The notes beneath the pieces were generated by a model. It had not been told where the DNA came from. It saw nothing but the letters and a program-made list of their open reading frames with translations, and did not search any database. A DNA stretch of 64,000 bases, taken from positions 44,077,783 through 44,141,782 of the forward strand of contig NC_068983.1 in assembly GCF_001194135.2 (NCBI RefSeq), read 5' to 3'. Numbering within the stretch: position 1 is the stretch's first letter; each line of letters starts with the position of its first letter. This DNA comes from Octopus bimaculoides (Eukaryota). Positions 12,587 through 24,708 of this stretch are shown here, piece after piece. The position numbers were made by a program, and so were the translations under genes.

Positions 12587-13738
12587 TGCATGCCAGCATG
12601 GAAGGTGGACGTTAAACGACGATGATTATACACACACACACGCATACATATATACATGCAGTGGGCCTCTTTCAGTTTGATCATCATCATCATCATCATT
12701 AAGCATCTGTCTTCCATAAATCCACTCACAAGGCCTTGATTGGCCTGTGGCTGTAGTAAAAGACACTTGCTCAAGGTGCTGTATAATGGAACTGAACCTG
12801 AAGCTACATGGCTGGGAAGCAAACTTGACCATACAGCCATGGCTGGTTTTGAGATTGTAGTTGTGGCTGATGCCAGTGTCATGTAACTGGTCCATTAAAA
12901 GCACCCTCCAAACGTTGGGCGATATGTTGTACTTGTGAAGACCTGACAAGCTGAGTGAAATCATAGTCATGACTGATGCCAGTGCCGTCTGATTGACACC
13001 TGTGTTGGTGGCACTTAAAAAGTACCATTTGCATGCTGGGCCTCATGGAAGCAGTGACAGGTGACCAAGGACTTTGGCAATATATCATGCTTGTGTAGCC
13101 CTTCAAGCCAAGTGAGACCATAGTCATGGTCGATGCTGGTGTCAAGTCAATGGCACCTGTGCCAGTGGCACGTAAAAACTCTATAACACTCTCAGAATGG
13201 TTGGCGTTAGAAAGGGCATCTAGTTGTAGAAACCTTGCCAGATCAAATCAAAGCAGCTCCCTGGAATACCAGTTTTCAGTCAAACCGTCCAACCCATGCC
13301 AACATGGAAAGCAGATGCTAAACAGATATGATATGTATAAAACTGTTGTTGAGGTATAAGAACTAAATACATTCTCCTTTAGAATACATTTTAACTCTTT
13401 AGCATTCAGTTTACTCTCTCAATTGTAATACTTATATTGTTTTGAATTAATCATGAATTATTGTGTAGCATCAAGGTTTTGATGATTTGTTTATTTTGTG
13501 CCATGCAAAAAGTACTGGTAATGGTGCCACATAAAGAGACCCCAGTACACTCTGTAAAGTGATTGGCATTAGGAAGGGCATCCAGCTGTACAAAGCATGC
13601 CGAAACAGGCTATGAAACCTGGTGGGGCTCCTGTCAAACCATCCAACCCATACCACCATAATGGGATTGGAGAACATAACATAGGTTTGCTATTTGAGCT
13701 GGAAGGGTTAGTTGAAATGTTAAAGGATTAAGGTAAAC

Positions 13739-14122
13739 AGGCGTAGGAGTGGCTATGTGGTAAGTAGCTTGCTTATGAACCACATGGTTCCGGGTTCAGT
13801 CCCACTGCGTGGCACCTTGGGCAAGTGTCTTCCACTGTAGCCTCGGGCCGACCAAAGCCTTGTGAGTGGATTTGGTAGACGGAAACTGAAAGAAGCCCGT
13901 CGTATATATGTGTGTGTGTGTGTGTGTGTTTGTCTCCCCACCATCGCTTGACAACCGACGCTGGTGTGATTACGTCCCCGTAACTTAGCGGTTCAGCATA
14001 AAGAGGCCAATAGAATAAGTACTAGGCTTACAAAGAATAAGTCCTGGGGTCGATTTGCTTGAATAAAGGCGGTGCTCCTGCATGGCCACAGTCAAATGAC
14101 TGAAACAAGTAAAAGAGTAAAA
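13739..14122 (+). mobile_element. Well-preserved tRNA-derived SINE with a CORE-like segment and an internal (TA)/(TG) microsatellite
   Basis: A box tggctatgtggt, B box ggttcagtcc, ccttgggcaagtgtctt core, and tail ...gactgaaacaagtaaaag. Many other copies (1900-2240, 12040-12380, 16690-17020, 25105-25265, 58140-58300, 62610-62760). Confidence 0.8.
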
Positions 14123-14724
14123 CAGTGATTGCAGTGGTTCATCAAGAGAAAGTTGTTTCGTATTCACCACACGCAAACACACAGAGCAAACAAGGTAACA
14201 ATCTCTTTTGACCTCATTTTGTTAGTTTTAAGGGGTTAACAGTATTTGTGGAGTGCCCAACCTGGATTGTCATCATAATCTGTAAAATACACAACCTGTG
14301 TAAGCAAAGTTAATTGCTATAAATGTCCGACTTCATCCCGACTTACTCTCATTGGTACCAGGTCGAGAATTTGGAATTACCAAACTGTTTTTAGAATAAA
14401 TAATTAAACAAATGACTTGTGCACACATAAACACCTTTTTACACTTTAAATAAACATTCAGCCTCTTGTTGGGTTTGCTTTCTTGCTACAGTCCATGGTG
14501 TTTTGTATATATTTTTTTGTACATAATGCTGAATGTTATTTTGTTTTACTTACTGAATGAATATGTGTGCTTGCATGCATCTGTGAGTGCCTGTATGGGT
14601 GTGTATGTTGAGTTTAGAAACAGACGGAAAAGTACTCAATATAAAAGTAAAGTATAGCTATTGTGGTGATTATATTGTTCTGTGTTAATCCTGATTATGT
14701 TCCCCCACTTGCTGTCTCTCTCAC

Positions 14725-14760
<36 letters not shown>

Positions 14761-15122
14761 CATACACACATGATGATAGCTTAACTGGTTGAAACTTTGA
14801 AGTCACTGTCAATAATATTCTTTGGTTAAGAATAAATTTCTACTCTACGAAAGTATAGGACAACCCCTCAGATTAATGTGAAATTGTTTTTATAACTAAG
14901 CATAAAGACAAACATTCACACACACACAAATATTTATAGATACATAGAAACACACCAGTCACACCAATGGTGGTATTCCAGCATGGTCCACACTCTTTTA
15001 CTGAAACAAGTAAAAGTAGTACACATACACACACATGTTAAACTGCAAGCTATGGTGAGATGCTGTGCTGGAGGACACATCCTTGCAGTCAATGCGGGCA
15101 GAGAAAAACAGATGTGAAAATG

Positions 15123-15167
<45 letters not shown>

Positions 15168-15534
15168 GGATCTTTCTACTTCTTTGAGTCATTACATTGC
15201 GGACATGCTGGGGCACCACCTTGTCATTTTAGTCAAGTGAATCGTCCCCAATAATAATTTTTTTTTTTAAGCCTGCTACTTATTCTATCATTCTGTTTTG
15301 CTGAACTGCTCAGTTACTGCAACACTGCTTGTTAAAGAGTAGTGGGGAATAAACACTGACAATAATGTGTGTGTGTGTATAGAACTACGTATAATATTTA
15401 TATACAAACTAGAAGGCTTTGTAAGTTAGAGAGATAAAGCAACCATGGAAGTCTATTGTTTATATATAAATGTTGCTTTAAATTGGAGTCTATATATTAT
15501 TATATAGTTATTATTGTATTATATATATATATAT

Positions 15535-15675
15535 AGTTGAATTTACAGGTAGAAGATAGATGTATAAACAACAAGCAGGTGTATTAGTTTGATGCTCGAG
15601 AAGATGAGAAAGTCTTTTAGGTTTCGAGCCTATGCTCTTCAACAGAAAGGAACACAAGGAAATAAACAGAGAGAA

Positions 15676-15680
<5 letters not shown>
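15535..15680. mobile_element. Penelope-like element terminal repeat remnant
   Basis: Shares text with 44455-44620 (aacaacaagca.gtgtattagtttga...gtcttt...gagccta.gctct...aacagaaagg) and contains a hammerhead-like motif on the minus strand. Confidence 0.5.
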
Positions 15681-15741
<61 letters not shown>

Positions 15742-15768
15742 CAATTTCCATTTTTGATTTCGATTTGA

Positions 15769-15809
<41 letters not shown>

Positions 15810-18659
15810 AAATCAAAATCACAATCTCAATCAAATCGAAATCAAAAATGGAAATTGTAGTTGTGGCAATAAGCACCGTTCATGCGTGAGTTGTTGCCAG
15901 TGCTGCCTGACTGACTCCCTGTGTTTTGATAAATTGAATTTGAATGAAATTAAAAGTGACTGGACAAATGCTTTTATGGTCTCTAAAACTCCAAAAACAT
16001 CAAGGATATTTTTCAGTACCAAACATGAAAGGAAATGGGCTTGTCCCATTCAGCTTGCAGAGGTGCCTTAGTGTGAAGGGAGTGGATAGGATTTGTTTAA
16101 GCCAAGTGAATAATAGTTTAGCTGAACTGTAACATTTTTCCATTTTGTGCAGTGAGGGGAAAAACATTTTGCTGGGTTAAGGTAGACGTGAATGGGAGGG
16201 TGGCTAGGTAATTGGTAGGGAGTCAGCGATGCCTGCCGAAGGGAGTTGGTAGTTATTTAGTGTGGATGAATGTGTTTAAAGGAATGTAAAGTAGGGGCTA
16301 TTGAGATGCGGAAGACATGTGTGTAACTTGAGGATGGTAGCTGTTGTGATTGCTACACATTCAACAGCTGGAATAATTCAATGTGCTGAATAATGTTACA
16401 GCTGCTCGTTGTTGTTTTAGAGATTTGTTTCCCTCTATTATAAAATAATTTTACTCTTACTACGGTTTAATTGCTATTAATTGCAATGATAAAAGAAAAA
16501 AATATCTTTAAAGAAAACCTGATACTGTATTGGTGTGTCTGTGCATAAAGACCCTATTGTGTCCAACAGATTTGTCAGTGTTAGCATAGAAAGCTGAACA
16601 AGAACCACCTGTTAGCGAGGAGAATGAGCTGTGGGTCTGAAGAAAGGCCCCAGTACGGTTGCTTCATTTGTTTATCTTCTATTCTTTTATGTTTCAGTCA
16701 TTAGACTGAGGCCATGCTGACTCAGTGCTTTGAAAAAGTTTTAGTCAAACAAATCGACCCTAGAACTTATTTGTTTTTTAAAGCCTGGTACTTACTCTAT
16801 TGATCTTTTTTGCCCAACTGCTAAGTTATGGAGATGTAAACATACCAACACTGGTTGTCAAGCAGTGATGAATGACAAACACAAAGTTACACACACAAAT
16901 ATACAGGATGGGCTTCTTTGAGTTTCTGCCTACCAAATCCATTTCCAAGGTTTTGGTTGGCCCAAGGCTGTAGTAGAAGACACTTGCTCAAGTTACCACA
17001 CTATCGAACTGAACCCAGAACTGGTTATTTATCTTGTGTAGAGTGGGAAACTCTCAACAGATTAAGATCACTAAATAGGAATAGATGGATCAGGAGTCGA
17101 GCTTGGGGCTATTGAGGAGCATAATACAGAAGCAAGATGAGATGTTGACCCATTACAAACCTTTCTAACCCATGTCTATGATGGCACCTCTGTGATCATT
17201 TGATTGTGTTAGAAAGGAGTGGTAGTGCTAAATTGCCTTCAAACATTATTGTTTAGAAAAGAAGGGCACATTGGATAATGGAGTCTTAGATACACTGTGT
17301 CTGGGAAAAAATGAAATGGGAAGGTCATTCATGGAATATAATTGATTACAGCATGATCAAAAATGACCTGGGGCTAAATAATCTATACAACATATCTTAG
17401 CAAACAACACTAGTAATGATGATGATCAAAGACGGTCCAGCCATGACCATGCCATCAATTTTAAAGCTAGAACATTTAAAACTCCATTTATGTAATGTGT
17501 TGGCCATCCAAAATAGAACATCATCATCGTCTGTTTTCCATGCTGACATGGTGATGGCGATGATGGTGAGTCTAGGGGTGATGGAGGAAGGGTTAAAGTT
17601 GTGAAATTATATAATAATCAACAGAGTTTATATAATTACATGCATAATTTAAAGGGGAACTGACATGTGACTTCTGTAAGGCAACATCAACAAATGTAAT
17701 TAGCTCACTCCGTTTTAAAAAGAAATATAATTTAACACTTTTATTATTTGAAATACTTGCTTCTAATAGGGGCCACATTGTCTCCTTCTTTTCAAGCTTT
17801 AAGCTAAATTGGGGACAGAAAATAAAAGACGAACAAAAGACGGCTAAGTTTTTTTGACTAAAACTGATAATTTCTGATAATAAATAGTTTCTAATTGGTT
17901 GTCTGCTTTTTGTGGACATTTTGAGTGGTGAGAGAGAGAGGTTGATACCTCTTGTGTTCAGTGTTAAATCTTTGTTCTAGGAGGGGCAGTTGTTCTGTCA
18001 TGTGTATGTGTGTGTGGTGTATTGTTCGCTAATATCTGATAACAGGTGCAAGCAAGACTGTTGTGGTTAAGAAACTTGCTTCCTAACCATGTAGTCTTGG
18101 GTTCAGTCTCACTGAGTGGAATCTTGGGCAAGTGTTTTCTACTTTCTATTCTAGGGTTGATCAAAACCTTGTGAGTGGATTTTGTAGTTGGAAACTGGAA
18201 GATGCCTGTAGGTGTGATCATCAGCTTGATGGGTCTTCTTCTCAAGCACAACACAGTGCCAAATGTATCATTGTTTCAATTCCATTAATATAAACTGAAT
18301 CTGTTAAATTGCAGGTGCTTTTAAATGCGATGTATATCTGAGGGGTGCTGTTTGGGTTGTGTAGACGGTTAGGCAAATTAAAGAGCTGGGTTTAATAAAT
18401 ATCTAGTTTGTTTAATTGTAAGTAGTCCATTGCACAACATAAAAACATTACTTGATTTTTTTTTTCTTTTTTATTTTTCAGATGTTGATTTAGCAGAGCA
18501 GTTTGCTAGTTAACCTGTCACCTTCTTATATATACTATACAATGTATGTATAAACGGAGTTACCTTTATTCCAAGCAATACATGACTACAAAAAAAATCA
18601 CTGTATCTATGGTACAGACATTATTATTATTCTCATTATTTTCTGATTGATTTGCATTT

Positions 18660-19900
18660 TTATTCTCCAACTGGGTCTCAACTAGAGACCTCAGGCACAT
18701 GTACATTAGATGGAGATAAACTTCCTATGTTGAATTCCTTGGAATCTGGTTAAAAAAATTTGTCAGTATCCTTTTAGATCATTCCCAAGGCACCTGCAAC
18801 AAAGGGGACAGTTTTGGTTTTTAATCACCACATCCTAAATATCTCAGTCTCGTGCATGTATTGACCAACTTGATCATGCTTGGTTTTATATTCTGTAAGG
18901 GCAAGAACTGAGCAACTGGCAACAATGTGGTCAATGCTCTCAAGTTTGTCAGTGCAGAATCTACACTTTGTGTCTACCCCATTATGAGTGACATTAGCTT
19001 AACAGTTCCGGGTAGGGAGACTGGTCTTGTGCCACTTGGATAAGTCCTATTTCGGCTTTCAAACCAGTGCTCTGCAGCCACTGATGGAGATGCCAAACAG
19101 GAAAGCTTGTAGGAAATGGTAAGATTCTGGCAAGACAAGCCATTCTATGAGCAATACCCCAAATGAGTTGGGGAATGATGAGGACGATGATTTCTCAGCT
19201 CATTTAGGGCATTGCTCATGTAATGGTTTTTCTTGCCACAGTCTAGTTTTTGTCTTGCTTTTTTTGTTGTCTTAGTGGGTTGTGTGACCTCATCATCATC
19301 ATCATCATCATCATAATCAAGGAAGTTACACTCTTGTCTGTATTTATATGCTTCCTTGGACATCTGATTTTGGGTGGTGCATCCTGTTTAGTGTCAGTAG
19401 CTTCCTGGTCTTTCTGTCCAAATTCTGAGTTTCATTCATATTCCGATTCATGACATTAAGGCTATACTGGACAACTGCTACCACCAGGAAGTTTATTGTT
19501 GCAATTCTATTCTTGGAATTCAACTCAGTATTCAGGACCATTCTGATATGTCTATAATATTCTTTCCTGATCTCTCGCATTGACCTTGTTGAATCCCTTT
19601 CCCTTCATTTACCTCCAAGATACTTATAGAAGCTTCCTCGATCCATTATGAAGTTAGGTAACAGTATTATTAGCTATCAGGTTACCGCATTTGAATGTAA
19701 CTTTTGCACACTTGTCAAGGCCAAATTTCATATTGATGTCATTAATGAATTTTTTCAGTTAACAGTAGCCCTTTCAGCACCTTGTCATCTCTTGCATAGA
19801 ATTTCAGATCATCAGTGTAGAGTAAGTGTAAGATGATCTTGTCAAACATTTCGTACCTGTCATTTGTTCCATTCATTTTGTGGGACAAGGGAATGAAGAC
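18660..19900 (-). mobile_element. Degenerate R4/Dong-clade non-LTR retrotransposon (RT C-terminus, CCHC finger, endonuclease end)
   Basis: Interrupted translations: HLLYTDDLKFYA, INDINMKFGLDKCAK, IRKEYYRHIRMVLNTELNSKNRI...LDRKTRKLLTLNRMHHPKSD, KCRFCTDKLESIDHIVASC...HDQVG, and GALGMI. Confidence 0.85.
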
Positions 19901-20039
19901 AAGCAAAGAGAGTGGCTATTCCACAATCTATTTTGATTTTCTCTGACCCATGCAAGATTTTCTCATGGTTCGGAAACAATTGTGTGGCACAGTTCCTTAC
20001 TGTGTTGTAGAAAACTTTTTATGAAAAGCGAGATCTCGT

Positions 20040-20562
20040 ATTTATTTGGTGCCTTTAAGATCCAGCTATGTGGGACACTGTTTTGAGCGAGGATGCATCC
20101 ATGACGTCCTGTTTCGGATAGGTGAGGGATTCCTCACCTATCAGTGCAGTTTTCATCAAACCAGTCTTTGTGTTTCCTGGAGATTGGCCCAAGGCACTCC
20201 ATAGCTGTGTTGTACACGATCTCGCGGATTGCTTCCCATGCTGCTTCCACGTCTTGACTGCCTATCGCAATAGGTTCAAGGTGTTCTGCCAGAGTTTCAG
20301 AGAAAGATTTCTGGACAGTTTCTGTTTTCAGCTTGTTGACATTCGGTCGTTTTGGTGTTTTCTTTCCTTGGGGTCTTCTCTTTGGTTGGATATGCAGATT
20401 GAGCTTAGCAACTATGAGGCAGTGGTCTGTCCAGCACTCAGCTCCACACATGGCCCTAGTGATACATATGTCCCGCCTGTCCCTTTTCCTGATGATGACA
20501 TAGTCAATTAGATGCCAGTGTTTTGAGCGATGATGCATCCATGACGTCCTGTTTCGGATAAG
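20040..20562 (-). mobile_element. RTE/BovB-like LINE endonuclease fragment
   Basis: RTSWMHHRSKHWHLIDYVIIRKRDRRDICITRAMCGAECWTDH...HKDWFDEN. Confidence 0.85.
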
Positions 20563-21035
20563 GAGGCGAAACACTTGGTCGGCAATGTTGACCGATATCT
20601 CCTCGATATGGTGCTGTACAGTGTTGTTAGAGACAGAAACACTCTCCAACTTTGCCACCACCTCCTCTTCAATCATATGCCTAACCAAGATCTTTGCCGC
20701 TGGCATGACGAGAGACTCTGCAATGGTATGCGCCTTCATGTTTTTGGCCACCAGGAGAGCAACTTCATAGGATGGTTTCACAATTCCTGCCCTCTTCTGG
20801 TAGATCTGGCCACTGATCACTACACTGAGCGAATAAAAGGTAACCAATGGTATGCCAGTAATCGAAAAGTACTGATTACTGGTTGGTTGAGTTGGAAAGC
20901 ATTAATCACATGTTGGCCGAATATTGGAAACGGCACAAACTAAAAATTGCATATTACCCTGAAAGTGCTCGCGTACCACTTGGAAAGCCCTTATGTACCA
21001 CTAGTGGTACGTGTACCACAGGCTGGGAATCACTG
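20563..21035 (-). mobile_element. hAT (Buster/Charlie, ZBED5/SCAND3-like) transposon left end with a transposase fragment
   Basis: Terminus CAGTGATTCCCAGCCTGTGGTACACGTACCAC on the minus strand; protein SYEVALLVAKNMKAHTIAESLVMPAAK...SNNTVQHHIEEIS. Confidence 0.85.
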
Positions 21036-21039
21036 TTTT

Positions 21040-21210
21040 AGGGAGTAGGTATGTTATTCCCAATGTGAACCAGTTTGGAGTCTTTTGCAGGGTTTCTGAT
21101 GATATTAGAGAAACCTTCCTTTAATTGGCAGTGTGATGATGATAAGAGATTATCAAGCCAGAAGATTGAGATTTTATCATGTCCAGGAGACTTCTACTTA
21201 TGAGCTTTAG
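21040..21210 (-). mobile_element. Upstream piece of an R4/Dong RT
   Basis: Frameshifted KSPGHDKISIFWL...TPNWFTLGITYLLPK. Confidence 0.7.
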
Positions 21211-21289
21211 ATAGAGCTTGAGTTCATGTATTGTCATATCATTCAATCCCCGGAGATCCAATCGTGGATGTATGGGAGCAGTTGATTGT

Positions 21290-21960
21290 GTTTGCTGGCC
21301 ACCGGGGTGTTTAAGGGTGGCCAGCCTTGCGGTTTCCTGGGGCCGATGATGAACAGCTCTTGAAGCTTTTGCTCCGAACTTTGTGTGGTAAAAATACAAA
21401 TTGTCCCATGTAACCTCATCATGTCTCGGAGTCGACTTTATGGTGTTGATCGTAACACTGCTAAACAAAAAAAAAATGTTCACCAGCTGCTTTCGTTAAC
21501 TCCTGTAGGTTCTTGACCTTGGTGTGAGTTACGAGGGACTGGTTCTGGGCTGGTAATTTACGGTGGAATATCTCTTTAAATAAAAAAAAAAAACAAGGTG
21601 ACTCACCAGGAGGCAGTAATGCCAGCATCCTATCTATTCAAAAGGCTTGGAATCGCCTAACCCATCAGTATACAATATCTTGGGGCCTTGCTTCCTGATC
21701 GCTAAGCCGGAATGTTTCTATGAGTCTTTTATATAGTCTCACATTTGCGAATAACTGATGATTTACTTAGGATGTCTAGCACCCTTATTACTGTGTCCTG
21801 GTCCAGGGCTACTATTACGTCGGAATGTCTTTTGGGATTGAAGAAAATTCACCTCAACCCTACATTAAGCTTGGTTTGGCCATAATTGTTGGAACTTAAA
21901 GCATGATGGTATTCACGTTCACCACTTTTAACTTTTGGCAACTGTACATAAAAATAGCCA
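21290..21960 (-). mobile_element. Frameshifted Ty3/Gypsy gag relic
   Basis: VIVALDQDTVIRVLDILS / RLIETFRLSDQE / GLGDSKP / DRMLALLPPGESPCF / LYFYHTKFGAKA follow the order of the invertebrate Gypsy gag consensus as I recall it. Confidence 0.75.
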
Positions 21961-24708
21961 CAAACAAGAATATAATCCACCATTGGAGCCCAAGTCTCAT
22001 TTGCCATCTGACCGGAAGTTTCTTTTCTGGCAACCAGATTGATAACTAGTTTGCACTAAAGGCCCTCGTCTACAGTTTGTCTCTTAGGAGTTCATGGGCA
22101 GTGCCCTACACCTGATGCTTGAATGTATTAAGCAAAATCAGCTTTGAATTCATGATGACCTCGGTTATTTGGTCTGGTGATGCATTTGACAATATTTTAA
22201 CCATGTGCTGTCCAACTCTACCACTTTTCATTTGATTATATTTCTAGTTTACTGTATTTGATGGCATATAAGGCACACATGGTAGAGGGTTAAAAAATGC
22301 ACTGAAATGTTATATTCCTGAATATATATCACTGAAATTAAGGTGCGTCTAATATATCTGAGGATATTTCATTCCATCAAATATGATATTCTTGACAGTC
22401 AATAATGAAAGTATTTAAAAAAAACGGAAGTAGTCCATAATGGAATTATTTATGTCTTCTATTATATCCTTTCGTAGTTAAGATTATTGACTGTAAATTG
22501 ATAGGATACATATTCGGATTACATTCTGGAAATTTATTGGTCACTGATCTGGTCAGATGACATTACTAAGAGTAAAACAAAAAAAACCAGCAATGCTAAT
22601 AAGAATAACTCTTCTTAATTTGAGTATAAGACAAGCAATTTTGAGGAGGCAGAAGCCGATTGCATTGGTCCCAGTACTCAGCTGGTATTTATTTTATTGA
22701 TCCCATTGTAATTATTCTTATACAAAAAGACCTCATCACTATCAACAAAGCCATTATTGCTTCATAAGCCTTTGTTGCTATGGTAACTGTTTGGTCCTGG
22801 ATCAAATATATGTTGTCACAAAATGGGATGATATTTACTGGGAAATTTAGTAAAATGTATCCAAAACAGCAGGAATTTCATTATCGTCAGAAAGAAGTCT
22901 TTTTCTGTAATTTTATTGTTTTTTTTTTTTCTTAATCTAATGAAAACCTAAAGGCATCCAGCCATAGAAACCATGCCAAAGCTGATAGTAGAGCTTGGTG
23001 CTGTCACCTGATTTTCCAGCTTCTTTCAAACCACCCAACCCATGCTGGCAGCATGGAAAACAGACGTTAAATAATGATGATGTCACATGGATGTAACTCA
23101 GTGGTAGGGTGCTTTGCATGTAAAAAGCCTTGGGTTTAATCCCTGACATTTCCATACCATCTAATTTTATGTCCACCCCAGGCCAAGATAGAAGAGGTAT
23201 TAAATGATGATCAGTTAAGGTTATCAATAAACAAACAAATTGTCATATGAAGAAAATTTTATTAAAAAATATCCATTTTTCTGAAAGTTATGAGGAAATA
23301 AAGTCGATGGGGCACACTTGGAATCGCCTAACCCATCCTGGGCCTTTTTCCTGATCGCTAAGCCGGAATGTTTCTATGAGTCTTTTATATAGTCTCACAT
23401 TTGTGAGTAACTGATGATTTACTTAGGATGTCTAGCACCCTTATTACTGTGTCCTGGTCCAGGGCTACTATTACGTTGGAATACCTTTTGGGATTGAAGA
23501 AAATTCACCTCAACCATACATTAAGCTTGGTTTGGCCAGAATTGTTGGAACTTGAAGCATGATGGTATTCACACTTGTCATGATTGTGTGTTCATGTTTT
23601 CTTCTATTTCTGGTTCACCACTTTTAACTTTTGGCAACTGTACATAAAAATAGCCACAAACAAGAATGTAATCTGCCATTGGAGCCCAAGTCTCATTTGC
23701 CATCTGACCGGAAGTCTCTTTTCTGCCAACCAGATTGATAACTAGTTTGCACTAAAGGCCCTCGTCTACAGTTTGTCTCTTAGGAGTTCATGGGCAGTGC
23801 CCTACACCTGATGCTTGAATGTATTAAGCAAAATCAGCTTTGAATTCATGATGACCTCGGTTATTTGGTCTGGTGATGCATTTGACAATATTTTAACCAT
23901 GTGGTGTCCAACTCCACCACTCTTCATTTGATTATATTTCTAGTTTACTGTATTTGATGGCATATAAGGCACACATGGTAGAGGGTTAAAAAATACAGTA
24001 AAATGTTATATTCCTGAATATATATCACTGAAATTAAGGTGCATCTAATATACCTGAGGATATTTCATTCCATCAAATATGATATTCTTGACAGTCAATA
24101 ATGAAAGTATTTAAAAAATTGGAAGTAGTCCACAATGGAATTATTTATGTTTTCTATTATATCATTTCGTAGTTAAGATTATTGACTGTAAATTGATAGG
24201 ATACATATTCGGATTACATTCTGGAAATTTATTGGTCACTGATCTGCTCAGATGATTTACTTAGGATGTCTAGCACCCTTATTACTGTGTCCTGGTCCAG
24301 GACTACTATTACGTTGGAATGTTTTGTGGGACTGAAGTTAATTCACCTCAACCCTACATTAAGCTTGGTTTGGCCAGAATTGTTGGAACTTATAGCATGA
24401 TGGTATTCACGTTCACCACTTTTATCTTTTGGCAACTGTACATAAAAATAGCCACAAACAAGACTATAATCCACCATTGAAGCCCAAGTCTCATTTGCCA
24501 TCTGACCGGAAGTCTCTTTTCTGCCAACCAGATTGATAACTAGTTTGCAATAAAGGCCCTCATCTACAGTTTGTCTCTTAGGAGTTCATGGGCAGTGCCC
24601 TACACCTGATGCTCGAATGATTAAGCCAGTTTGAATGTATTAAGCAAAATCAGCTTTGAATTCATGATGACCTCGGTTATTTGGTCTGGTGATGCATTTG
24701 ACAATATT
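21647..24708. repeat. Three related copies of a segment covering the gag relic and its upstream sequence
   Basis: Copies at 21647-22560, 23318-24255 and 24251-24708 (partial) share long near-identical text, with scattered substitutions and indels. Confidence 0.9.

Noticed and set aside
12231-12882. ORFs of 121-179 aa spanning the N run
   Set aside because: They are open only because the gap translates as X.
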